DNA of 64,000 nucleotides from Vicugna vicugna (Eukaryota), in assembly GCA_013265495.1 (NCBI GenBank), contig MU061538.1:1490001-1554000 (forward strand), given 5' to 3'. Of this stretch, positions 36,509-48,250 are shown one piece after another. The first letter of the stretch is position 1. Every line of letters starts with the position of its first letter. The position numbers and the translations under genes are program-made. The notes below the pieces were generated by a model. It saw nothing but the letters and a program-made list of their open reading frames with translations. It ran no database searches and was not told the DNA's origin.

Positions 36509-38830
36509 TGATGGACGCTTCTAGTTTCTTTTCCTACCGTGAGCGCTGCTGAAATAAACATTCTACAGTGTATGTCCCTAGACGCCAAAGATTTGGTTCT
36601 ATGGGAGGTTTTTCAGGGAAGAGTTTCCAGATCAAAGAGTAGATGTACTTTTACCTGTAACAGCTGCTGCACGGTGTCCCCCCGTCCCCCAGAAGCCTGT
36701 GACGCGCTCTCACTCCTCCAGCAACGTGTGGGGACTCTTGCCCCGTGTCTCGGCCTCTGCCAGTCTGGTGGACGTGGAGGAATGCCTGTTCTTGTTTTAA
36801 TGTATATTTTCTCAGCTTGAATGAATCTGGGTATCTTTTCATATTTTTTTGCCCTTTGAATCTGCTGTTCTGTGACGTGCCCGTTCACATCTTTTAACAT
36901 TTTTCTATTGGTTATTCTCTTTTTTAATTTAACTTTTAAAATCTACTTTTATTTAACTGTCTTCATCACAGTTCAGTTTAAGTTATGACTATTAACTCAT
37001 GAGCTGAGGAACAAATACACTTTTGCAAATCTGTTGTTTGTACGTAGACTCTGATCGTGATGAACTTCGAGCTTTTGTTGCTGTATGTGTGGTCTCTGAT
37101 GACTGTGTTTCCCTTTTAGGTTCTGAGTGTCTGCTCTTCCCAGCACCCTTCCAGCACCCCAGCTCTAGATTCTGTAAGTCTGCAGCCTAAATTCTCCTGC
37201 ATCAGGTTTCTTTCCTACGTTCAATTTCTTTCTTCTTCGAGAATTTATTTTTTATCTGGGGTGATACTGAGTCTTTAAATCTTCTGTATTCATCGCCAGT
37301 TGTGTCAGCACCGCTTATCAAACAGTCCATTATGTTTCCACTGATAGCAGTTTTGCCCCGTATTAAAGTCTAACACAGATGTGACAAGCCTCCGGGCTCA
37401 CTGTCAGTCCCACCGTTCTCCTTGTTCGTGAGGCACCAGTACCGAGGGGCCTCATCTCCGCGGCTGAGTGCTGTGTTCTGGGACCCAGTGACGCAGAGGG
37501 CTCGCGGTGTTCTCGCTTCCTGTGGTTTTCTTGAGTTTTCCTGGGCACTCGTTCTTCCGTGTAAATGTTCATATCATTTTAGCCAACTAAAACCTTTGCA
37601 TCTCCCTTGGAATTACTTCAAACTTGCATTACATTATCTGGGGAGAAGTACAACTTTGATGATAATAAAGCGTCCCGTCTGAGAACGTGAGTACTGTCTC
37701 ACGGGCCCGGCTTTTGTTTTCTGTCCTTCTATAAGATTTTACAGGTTTTTATCTTATGGGTATTGTGCCTTTCTTATTAAATTTATTCCTAAATATTTTG
37801 TAGTGTTGGTCACTATTGTGAATATAGTTCTTCTCTTTTATTCTCGTTTTTACTTTTAGATTCTCATCATTAAAGTGAAGAAAAGCTGAAGGAGGTGGGA
37901 AGGGATGAATTTGGGAGTTTGAGATTTGCAAATGTTAGCCAGTATATATAAAAATAGATTTTAAAAAGTTTCATCTGTACAGCACAGGGAACTATATTCA
38001 ATATCTTGTAGCAGCTCACACTGAAAATGAAAATGAAAATGAAAGTGAGCGTATGGATGTACATACATGACGGGGACACCGTGCCGTGCACCAGAAGTTG
38101 ACACATTGTAACTGACTGTACTTCAATAAAAAAGATTTAAAAAGTAAAGTGAAGGAAAGCTGTTAATTTTTGTACATTTACATATATATGTGAAGATACT
38201 AAAATTTTAAATAAACCTTAGCAGTTTTTTGCTTTCATATAGGCTCTTGGGATTCCCAGTATACAATCAATCTTCAGCAACCAGATATGGCTTCCTTTCT
38301 GTTTTTTCTCTATGTTCACGCAAGGCGGTTCACTTTCTTGCCTTACTGAGTTCACAAAAAGCCTCTGAGATGGTGCTAAAGTGTAATGCAGTTATAAACA
38401 TCTGGAAAGGGTTCTAGAAAGGTTCTGATTTGAATTTAAATGATTTTAATATTTTAGCATTTAGGAAAATACTTGCTGTTGGGTTTTATTAAATAATCTC
38501 TATTTTTTTCTCCTTTTTATCTTATGGAAAGTTTTTATTAGCAATTATTGCTTTGCTTTTCAAATACCTTTTAAATCTCTGTTGACAGGAGAATTTGTTG
38601 TACTGTTTTGATGGTCTTCTCCATATCCATCTCCTCTTGTGTTCTGCGTGGTCATGGTGTGTTGCTTTCCTAAAACAATGCTAGTATTTTACTTATAATT
38701 TTTGCACTTATGTTTTTAAGTGACATTAGTCAATAACTTTTATGTTTTCATTGGGTTTTGTATTGCAAGTTATGCTGCCTTCATAAAATGAGCTTTCTGT
38801 GTCCTGAAATCATTTAAATACCATTAATAT
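36509..38830 (-). mobile_element. Old, diverged LINE-1 (L1M/L1ME-like), antisense, interrupted by a younger L1
   Basis: Antisense L1 hallmarks: CACTCCTCCAGCAACGTGTG, TTTTCTATTGG, CCAGTTGTGTCAGCACCGCTTAT, TTATTAAATTTATTCCTAAATATTTT, CTTCATAAAATGAG. T-rich composition. Confidence 0.75.
37889..38144 (+). mobile_element. Short 5'-truncated LINE-1 with target-site duplication
   Basis: GGGAAGGGATGAATTTGGGAGTTTGAGATTTGCAAA...TGTAACTGACTGTACTTCAATAAAAAA, flanked by TAAAGTGAAGAAAAGCTG (37871-37888) and TAAAGTGAAGGAAAGCTG (38145-38162). Confidence 0.95.
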
Positions 38831-40229
38831 CACATATTTGTCAAAGTGTTGTTCAGCCCCTGTATGGTAATCTGTTATTGCTTCTTTGTTCTATAGTCAA
38901 AATATGACCTGGAGTTGGTTAAGATGAAACTGCAGTCATTGCCACAAAGAAGGCAGAGAATTCAATGCCCTCTGTCTTAAATTAGGCCTGAGTTTTACAA
39001 TGGGAGTCCCCATAGGAGAAAAAATTATAATCAACTTCATAAACCATTTCTCAAACTGCCGTGTGTTTTTTGTGTGCGGCGGGGTGTGTGGGGACAGTGT
39101 GCCGGATCTGAAGTGAGGTGCTGGTTCCTCGCACTGACGTCTGCCCTAATTGCACGGCCTTGAGCCTATTTAAAAGGGAATAAAGAAACCACCTTACGTC
39201 TTCAGAGGGCCCAAGGAGGGGAGGAGCAGTGTCTGTCAGTGCTCTTCCAACACCACTTAAAACCAAGCAGAGCTTGGCTCCAGTGAACTTTTTAAGCGTG
39301 CCTTCCTGGCACCCCAAGGAAAACCATTTCTTTGTAACCTAGTGACCTCGCCCACCTCTGCTGGGAGTTTTAGGCCTTTGGTAAGTCTTTATTGGTGGTG
39401 ATATGGACAAGACAGGTAAAAAGGGAGGAAAGAGAAGTCATGTATTGTTACTTCTCTTTTATGTCCAATATCTGAATTTTTTAAAGATGGTTTTAAGTTG
39501 GAAGGTCAGCTCCACAGTGATGGCCTTATTAAAATGTTCCATAGTCTGTATGTGTTTTAAAGATGATGATTTCTACGTTAGCCTCCCATTGAATTTTATG
39601 TCCTCAGGATCTCAGCTCACCACACTACCATTTAAAGGCCAAGCGTAATGTGGACTTGCAGGAATTAGGTTTTTTGCACTCAGTTTGCCCCAGTCCTCCT
39701 TCTAGGGAGCTGCCATCCCCACCAAGGGCACAGTTCATGCTCCATTTTGCCATATCCTCCCCAGCCTATTCAAGGCTAATGTTCAGAAAATGGCACCATG
39801 AGGACTGGCTTTCAGATGTTTCTGCTGGATGTTTGGCATTGTGACTGGACAGAAAAATGTGTCACTTTCTTCACCTCCAGAAAGTTCACACATAATTGTG
39901 ATGGGTGATCTTTCTCTGAAAATTGGATGTGTGGTGAGGAAGCCGGTGGTTCACCAAGGGTTAGGTCTTGCCCCTGCCGAGGCAGAGGACACAACGACCT
40001 AGGAATAATGGGACGTGGAAGTAGAGTAATGCAACTGTGGTAGAGAAAGGGCATCAGAAAACATGAGGGGCGTTAGAAACCCTAGTTTTCCCAGCTGGGA
40101 GCTCTAGGCCCCCGGCTGCCCTCTGAGCCTCAGTGCACCCGTCTCCTTCAGTGACTCTCAGTGTCCCGCTTTCCCCTGCTGTGGTCACACCCCCTGGAAC
40201 TACACTTCTGGTCTACATTTCCCTTTGCC

Positions 40230-40525
40230 CTCTGGCCTCTGGTGGGCTTGGCTGATGAGGGGCACAGGTGGAGAGCGGACAGCAGCAAGCGAGCAGAGGC
40301 CACGTGTGCCCCCGCCTCTCTCTGCTTCCGTGGCTCCCCAGAGGCTCTCGGATGCCCCTGACCCCGGGCCCCGGTGATGACACCTCCTTGGCCATCCTTC
40401 CCGCCTGTGTCGGGGGCCTCCCCATCCCCGTCTGTCCCTTGGCACTTGCATCAGCTTTAGAAGCAAATTCCTGTATCAGTTTTCTTCTGTCCAAAGACCT
40501 GAACACTTCTGTTTTCCTGACTTGG
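40230..40525 (+). mobile_element. Possible ERVL LTR (LTR33/LTR16-like) fragment
   Basis: CTTGGCTGATGAGGGGCACAGGTGGAGA and TTCTGTTTTCCTGACT resemble recalled LTR33-class motifs, but the match is diverged. Confidence 0.35.
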
Positions 40526-43500
40526 CTTCGAGAGCCACGTGGGAAACAGAGTGAGGCAGCTCGCAGACACCCGCAGAGACGGACGAGAACACGCCTGTAG
40601 CATAAGCACTAGTGTGAAGGGGGAGGCGGTGGGAGAAGCGCTCGGGCTCGTTCTTTACTGTCGAGGGAGACCCGTGGCTGCGTCCAGCATCACCGTGAAC
40701 CAGACTCCATGGGTGAGCACGAGGGAGGAGGGAGCCTCACCCCTGGTCCTCGTGAGAAGTCAGCTCCCCGGGGGCTCCTCAGAGACGCCCCCAGCCCGTC
40801 CGCCGCCCTCTCCTTCCCTCCTCCTCCTCCTCTCTCTCTGTGTAGACTCCGACAGGCTGCGGGGTGAGACCAGAGGAGGACCGGGGGAGGGAGGACGTTT
40901 CCTCCCCCCCCCCCACTGCCAGGAGCTCCTTCTGAACAGCGGCTTAACCATCCAGTTAACAGACCATCGGCAGTGGTCTTCACGGCTGTTGGCAGTCGGG
41001 CTCTCTTCACCCCGAGTGATGCCAGCAGCCGTCTCACTGGCCTTGGGTGCCTGCGTACAGGTGGTACAGATGGGTCCTCTCTCTCCTTTTCCCCTTGTCT
41101 TCTCTCTCTCCTTCTCTGCTTCTCTCTTCCCTCCCCCCTCCTCTCTTGTGACCTCGTGCTCCAAATCAAAACCCAGCGCAGTAAAGGATAAGTGACTGCC
41201 ACTTCCCCAGGCGGCGCTCTGAGGGGGAGCAGGGCGTGTCTGAAATCCCCCGCCACTAACAAAGGGAAGGTAGAGTAAGAGCTCTCTCCCTTTCAAGAAA
41301 CCTGGCCGCCGCCCGCCGCCGTCCTGTCCCAGAATTAGAGATGACAGACATCCCGAACAAAGCCGTCAAATCCAGCGTCGTCCATGAAATGCGCGTTCCC
41401 TAATTGCTAATGTTTCCTTTTTGATAACTAGAAAGGCTGCGCACATTAAATAGAAGGAGATTTAATTTCTAGTTTAAATACAGCTGCTGTGATTCTTAGG
41501 CTCCGCACAGCTGTTGGGAGGCTGGCACGGGGCCACGGCCGAGAGGCTCCGGCACGTCTGTGTTCATTGTCTCCCTGACACACGCGCGCAGAACATCTTG
41601 GCGTGTTTGGGAAATATTTGTATTCATTTTCAGGTCTGCACTGCATCGCAGGGGGACGCGCCTCGCCGGCCCCACACCTCCGAGCTCTCTGCACCTGCCA
41701 ACCCGTTTTCTTTCTCTCCCTCCTGCACCGTTCTTTCTGCACAGGAAAATCACTCATGTTCGCCTGTCTTTGCCCATTCTGGGCTGGGCAGGCCAGATCG
41801 GGTACCATATTTCTTAGGCTTGTGGAAAAAAATTGTTTTTTAAAGAAAGGGACCGATCACATGGTTTTATTTTGAAACCCACAAGAGTAAAATTTGGGGT
41901 TGGCGTCTTAAAGGAACGTTGTCAATCTCGGTGTGCCTGGGGGCCGGGGGAGGAGGGGAAATTGCTGCCCACTGAGGTGTCATGCCCGATTCAGCGCAGA
42001 ACGAAAGTAATCTTAGAAGATCCAGGACAAAATTAGAAAGATTAGCGTCTTCAAGGACATTCTGACCACTGGCTGTAATTTAGGCGCTCTCCTCCTGGGC
42101 GGAAATAGTTCTGGCTTGGCTTCAGTAAAAGCGGATTGCTGCCGAGGGCCCTGGCAGGGTCCCGATGTCTGAAGACTCCTTTTGAGGGAGGGTTTAGCCG
42201 TAGGCAGCACAGCCACTGCGCGGGGCTTGGCACGTTTCTGACTCCGCGGTGTGAAGGCGACACTGCCTCCCCTCCCCACTGTCCAGAGAGATGGGCAGCT
42301 CTCTCCTGGTGGTGGTGCCCGGACCCCTCCAGCCCGCACCCCTCCCTGGGGACCTGAGGACACGCAGGTGCAGCTGGCGGGGGCGGGTGTGGTGGGCGGC
42401 CCCGGCTGCGCCTCCGATGGGGCCTCCCTGAAACTGGACGGGCCTCCCAAAGCGGCGTGCGGGTGCGCGGAGTGGAGACCCATCCACGTGGCACGGAGAC
42501 CTGGCCTCGGGCTCCGCGTGCCTGCGTGCGCCCACCGCCTCTGGACTCTCAGTGGGAACAGCTGGGCCAGTGTGAGGACGCCGGGTGAGCGCATTGTCTG
42601 TCGCAGCTCCTGACGGATCCAGATATATCGTTAGTAAAGCAGGTCGTCTCTGCCCGTTGGGGAAGCTGAGGCTCACAGCGCGACTCGGAACCCTCGGCCT
42701 TCGCTCTGACGCAGGTGAAGCTGCAGGTGACGTCCTTTCCCAGATGAAGTCAGGACCCTCGGAACGGAGAGCGGCCTGGAAGGGTCTCTTGTGGGGACTG
42801 GTGTTCACAGCGATGGTTGTACTGGTCTAGGAACTTGAAAGATGGCCCAGTCCAGCCCAGGAGTCAGCCCGGGGAACAGCAGAGGCTGGAGAAGGCTGAC
42901 TGTGTGGTGGGGGCCTCCCGAGAAAGAATGGAGCAGCTTCAGGAGGCGGGCGATCCAGGTGTCTGGGAACAGAGAGAACGCGGGGTAGGCACGAGCTGGC
43001 TGCTGTGAGGCCGGCTCTGATGGGTTTTCACTGCTGGCTGTCAGTTCCCTCTCCTTTTCCCCTGAAACGAGGCAAGGAAAGTCCATTTCAGGGCCCACAA
43101 TCCTGGGAAGTCACCCCTGCGCCCTGAGTAGCGCCCTCGGGAGCACGGGACCGAGTTGCCACGTGGCCGCGAGGAGCTGAGCAGGGCTGAGCACAGGGAC
43201 TGCCCTCCTGACAAGTGGCCCAGCGGGCAGGTCCTGGCGCCCCCGCTGCGGGAGGGGCCGCTTGCCACGCGGTGGGGCTGTTTCCTTCCCCCCCAGTGTG
43301 TCGCCCTCCCATCACTAGGGGGATAATCACATAACGACTTCTTTCCATGAACGTTTGGGGCAGAGTGTGATTTGTCCGGTGGGCGGAGGGGCATGCCAAC
43401 GTGTCACGTCTGTGTGTTTTGGGTTCCCAAGTGCACGCCTCCCTCCACGTCCCGCCGTCCACGGTGCCAGCCTGGCTCGCGGTGTCCGTCCTTGAGGGGA

Positions 43501-46500
43501 AGTTTTTGCAGCCTGTGCCACAGTCAATATTCAGTCGTGGGCTGGACGTTTCCCAGTTCCAGCAACTCACCCCAGAATGGACTCACAAAGCGCGCCCCCA
43601 CCCACGGACGGCTGGCCCCCTCCCTAGGGGGCTCGAGGGGCCTGGGGAGCCCCCCACCCCATCTTTCCCTTCCTGCCCCCCATCTGCTTGCCTTGTGTCG
43701 TGGCGGGGCCTGCCAGGCGGCCACTGCAGATGCTCCCCGTGTGGTCTGGTGGGGACAGGAGACACTTCTTTTCAGTTGCAGCCACCGGCCTGGGTCTAGA
43801 CCCTTGGGGCAGAGCCCCTTGCGGGGCCAGCGTGCCCCCTGCTGGCCTGAGCCCCCTCTCTGTGCTCCAGTCGCAGCCCTGGGTCCTGGTGACGGTGCGC
43901 TCCGCGTCCTACAGCAAAGAAGGAACCCAGCACACCAGCGTGCAGCCAGCGGGGAGCGTCCCTGCCTGTCCCGCTCAGGTCCTCTCTTGAGCTCAGTCTT
44001 CAAGCCTCAGGGTCTCTGCCACCTCCTCTTCGCCCCAGATTTCTTCCTAGCTGGCTGGTCCTCCGGCATGGATGTCAGAACGGTCGGCAGGAAACCAGCA
44101 AGGCGGCCCAGGCCCGGGGACAGGGATATGCTCCCTGTGCACGTCTGTCCTCAGGGTTTGCAGTCAGTCCCCTCTCCTAACGTCTCACCCAAGCCCACTG
44201 CCGGCCTTGGATGGCCAGGGGATTCCAGAGGCTCCAGTGTTACTGACATAGTCCCCTCGAGACACCAGCTCAATTTTGTGCTTATGTTGTGTGCTTCATG
44301 TGTGATTAGCTCCTTCTTGGGGCCTCTTAGGAGTCCTGTGGAGTCTGGGAGAAATGAGATTGGGGTGTGTCGATGCAGTCCGGACAGGCTTGGTGGAGAT
44401 CCTTAGCTGCTCTTAAAAGATGGGGCAGTATTCAGACAACAAGGAACCAGGACAGAAGGTTTCAGGGGAAGAGTCACTGGACCCCAGAATAGAGCTTTAA
44501 GAAACCTTGGACACACATCTGGAGGCTCGCAGAGCTTCCCTAGTGCAGGTGTGATGTGTGGCGTGAATTCTGCCCCAACACGGCCAGCCGTGATCCCTGC
44601 CCTGCTGGCTGGGTGGAGGAATTGACCTTTCTGGGTGGTTTTATTTATGAACGTCAGATTAATATTCTATAAACACTGTTGTTATCAGACCACAGTCCTT
44701 TTTGCAATGCCGTGGCAGCGACGCACCACACGTGGGATGAGACCCACCCTTCTGAGCTCGTCACCAAAGCCGGACCTCGTGCTCCAACTCCAACCAAATG
44801 GGCCTGCTCCCTGACGCGGCCCACACCGGCGACGCCCACGCTGCCCACCTGCTGGGGCCCACCTCACACCGCCCTCCCGGTCCAGCTCTACCCCAGCCTC
44901 CTCCCGGAAGCCTTCGTGGCCGCCGCTGCCTGGCCATCCCATCCTCCCGTGAAGTCTCGATTTTTTCCGGGGCGATGGATTATGCATGGACTCAGGGGTG
45001 TGCTCCTGCCAGAGGGTCTGCTCGGACCGTCCGGTCTGTGATTCCGGGTTCAAGTTATTTAGGGATGGCTTTGTGCACGTCCTGCCCTCGGTCTGAGCCC
45101 CCTCTTCTTTCCCTCTTGCACACTAGCTCTCTTGTGCTTGCAGACGCCGGCGGGAGCTCCCCTTCTGGGAGCCGGGCTGGACTGAACCCCGCTGGGGACC
45201 GACTCCCCGTCAGGGCTGTCCTGAGCGCTTACTTCTTCCAGCTTTTTTCTTGCGGGCGCCTGGGGGGGCGACAGCCTGGGATCCGCCCTGGCCCTGTGCT
45301 CTCCCCAAACAGCCTTGCTAGGAGACCCCCTCCTCGTGTTGGAGACAGCTCCTGCAGGGAGGCCCCTCCCCTGCGACTTGGAGGAGACACAGGTGCCCCC
45401 TGCTCATCCGAGAGAGGCCAGACCCAGACCCTCCAAGCTCCCATTCTTTGTCCAGTAAATGATGAGCTGGACTGCTTGGCCCAATGACCAGGTGGAGCAA
45501 AATGCTTGTTAACACAACTTTGGTGAAGCTCTGTATGCTTCCCGCCCCCCAACTCCTGAACTTTGGCCCCTTCCTCAGCCGGAGCCAGCAAGGCCCTTCC
45601 TGGGAAACAGGCTGGACCTGGGGGAGCTTCCTCTGCTCTGCCTCCACTTAGCCGCCCCTTTCAAACCCTCTCCTTCTGAGTCCAGACTTGTCCTGGTCTG
45701 CCGGTGGGCGGAGGTGTGGAGACAGGACGGAGGTGGGAGGGCTCCCCCGGCCCATAGCTCCTCTGCAAGGGGTGGGGTGTCCGAGCGCTGCTCCCCGCTG
45801 GGTGCAGCTCAGGAAGGACGCCCCATCACATGCAGGGCACATCACAGGTCACCATCTTCGAGTCTCTACTGATCCATTTGCCCAGGGTGAACGTGGTTGG
45901 GGAGGAGCCAATTTAAACACCGACGATGGGGGGAGGCGTGTCCTTCTGGGTTCCCAGTTACCTCCCTCCTGGAGAGGCAGCGGGTCATCGGGTGGTGGCC
46001 CGGCCAGCCTGCCCGAGGGAGCCAGCGGTGTTGAGGGATGCTCTGAACCGAGGCACTGGGGAGCCCTTCTCTGCATCTGTGCGCTGCGGCTGCCAGGCAT
46101 GGGTTCCTCTCTCCCAGGTCCACACTGACCGTATATTCTGTAAAATCATCTGAAAGTTGCTCCGTCCGCCTCCCCCGCACGCTGCTCGGGTGGCTGCTGG
46201 GGACCCGGGAGTGTTCTCGCCTTCTCAGGCCGAGCGGAGGCTCTGTTTACAATTTGGGGGATTTTTGAAATTGTAACTTGTTCACTGTAAAATGACTTCA
46301 GACCCAGCAATCAAACGCAGCAATATCCGGTGTCGTTTGAGAAGGACCGTGTATTTTTTAAAAAGGTCATCCCATTGCTCAAGCCCCAGCGATGCTCACC
46401 GAGGGAGCGCGTCGGCGACGTTCGCGGCTGAGGTGCAGGTGCTTCTGTCGCAGGAAAGCAGCCGCACGTTCCGTCGCCGTGGGCTAATGTCCTGGTGTCA

Positions 46501-47244
46501 GAGTCCTCCTGGAGGCGATGCCAGTTTTTGACATGAGTTTGTAGATGAGTGTTAATGCCTCTATAACCAACAATTTACAGACCAGCCAGACGTCTCTATG
46601 GGGCAATTCAGGAGGTTTGCCTTTGAAATCCCCTTGGGATTTGTTGTGTCTTTAAGACTTAAACTAACGTGGGGCTGAAACACACTGAGGTTAACGTGCA
46701 GCTTCTGTGAGGTAAGTCTGCACGTTCCACTCACAGGCGCCCCTGCCTCGGCTCTCACACTGTGGAAAAGTATTCCAAAGTTTACAGTGGAACAGTTGGA
46801 ATCTTTGCTGCTTCCAGGCAGTTGGTGGCAGCGGCTCCGTCCCTGCAGGTCCCTGGGGAGGGGGGCGTGTCTCATGGACGTGGGACAGCCCCACAGCGCC
46901 TCAAGTACGGACAGCTTGGGGCTAACGTTCGCTGGTATTGTAAAGTCTCAAGAAAACTGCAGGTAACACGGGGGCAGGCCAAGGATGAAGGAAGCGATCC
47001 CAGCTGCTCAGAACCGACATGCAGGGCCCGCCAAGGCAGACGAGAGACACACAGGGATTCAGTGCCATCCCTGAAAAATCAGCGCCCAGAAGTGTGACGT
47101 GTAAAGGGGCACAAGTGCAGCACAAAGTGCCATGAAAATGCTTCACAGGGCGCTTGAGGAGCAACGCGGCGTCCTGAAGGAAATGCCTCTCACATCCCAG
47201 GACAGGCCACCTCGTCGGCCCGAGGACCCTGCTGCCCGGACTCG

Positions 47245-47447
47245 GCACATGGCCAGTCCGCACCGAGAAGTGCTTCGAGGGTTTTGAAGACTTCGTGAAA
47301 GAAAAGGAATATAAAGCAGATCCTTGAGGAGTTTTTAATGTTGATCATATGCTGAAGTGTAATATTTTGGACGGTGGGGTTAAAATGTATAAAATCAAAA
47401 TTAACTACACCTGTTCCTTTTTCACTTTTAAAAAATGTGGCTGCTGG
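47245..47447. mobile_element. MER33-like hAT-Charlie DNA transposon, left part
   Basis: ATGGCCAGTCCGCACCGAGA...TTGAAGACTT...TAATATTTTGGA...AAAATTAACTACACCTGTTCCTTTTTCACTTTTAAAAAATGTGGCT follows the recalled MER33 consensus. Confidence 0.75.
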
Positions 47448-47937
47448 CACTGTTTACCGTAGCGAGACACGGAAGCAACCTAAATGTCCATCGGCAGATG
47501 ACTGGATTTATACAATGAAATACTACTCAGCGTGAAAAAAGAATGAAATAATGCCTTTTGCAACCACATGGGTGGACCTAGAGATGATCACACTAAGTGA
47601 AGGAAGCCAGAGAAAGACAAATATCACAGGAGGTCGCTCACATGTGGAATCACACACAAAAAAGGACACGAACTTATCACAAAACAGAGAGGCTCACAGA
47701 CATGAGTTACTGGGGGAAGAGGAGGTGGGGAGAGATAAATTGGGAGTTCGAGATTTGTAGGTGCTAACTGCTAGATATGAAATAGATGAACAATACGGTC
47801 TTACTGTGCAGCACGGGGAACTGTATCCAATACCTCGTAATGGCTTATGATGAAAAACGTGTGTGTATAAATAAACCGCTATGCTGTACACCAGAAATTA
47901 GCACAGCATCGTAAAGCGACTGTACTTCAGTCTAAAA
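47448..47937 (+). mobile_element. LINE-1 3' end inserted into MER33
   Basis: GGAAGCAACCTAAATGTCCATCGGCAGATGACTGGAT...; ORF 47551-47760 translates MPFATTWVDLEMITLSE, the L1 ORF2 C-terminal motif; ends CGACTGTACTTCA. Confidence 0.92.
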
Positions 47938-47990
47938 CCATGTGGCCCGTGTGAAGCACGTGCTGTGTGGCCTGCGTTGACAGCACCTCC
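47938..47990. mobile_element. MER33-like, right remnant
   Basis: CATGTGGCCCG...TTGACAGCAC continues the MER33 consensus after the L1. Confidence 0.5.
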
Positions 47991-48079
47991 TCTGGTGTTG
48001 ATCTAGAATATAGGAAAATACGCAGGTATCAATACAAGGTCGTTTATAGGCGGTCGTGCCAGGACTGAACACAAGCATT

Positions 48080-48250
48080 TTCAAGAGGCCCTAGGGCTTC
48101 ATAAAAGAGGGAGGATCCTGGAAACCAGGTTGTCAGAGGCAACTTCCTGGGAAGGATGCCTCTCAACTTTAAGGATGATGACAATTTTAGAAAATGGTCT
48201 GGAAGTGGGAGGCTGTTCCAAGAACGAGATGTGTGTGAGCCACAGCCAAT
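48080..48250 (-). mobile_element. L2 fragment
   Basis: GTCAGAGGCAACTTCCTGGGAAGGATG...TTTAAGGATGA...TGTTCCAAGAA resembles the antisense L2 3' region. Confidence 0.5.

Noticed and set aside
43372..44406. Longest ORF in the track (344 aa)
   Set aside because: Non-ATG start, Pro/Gly/Arg/Ser-rich composition expected from GC-rich non-coding DNA, overlapping ORFs in other frames, and no recognisable domain.
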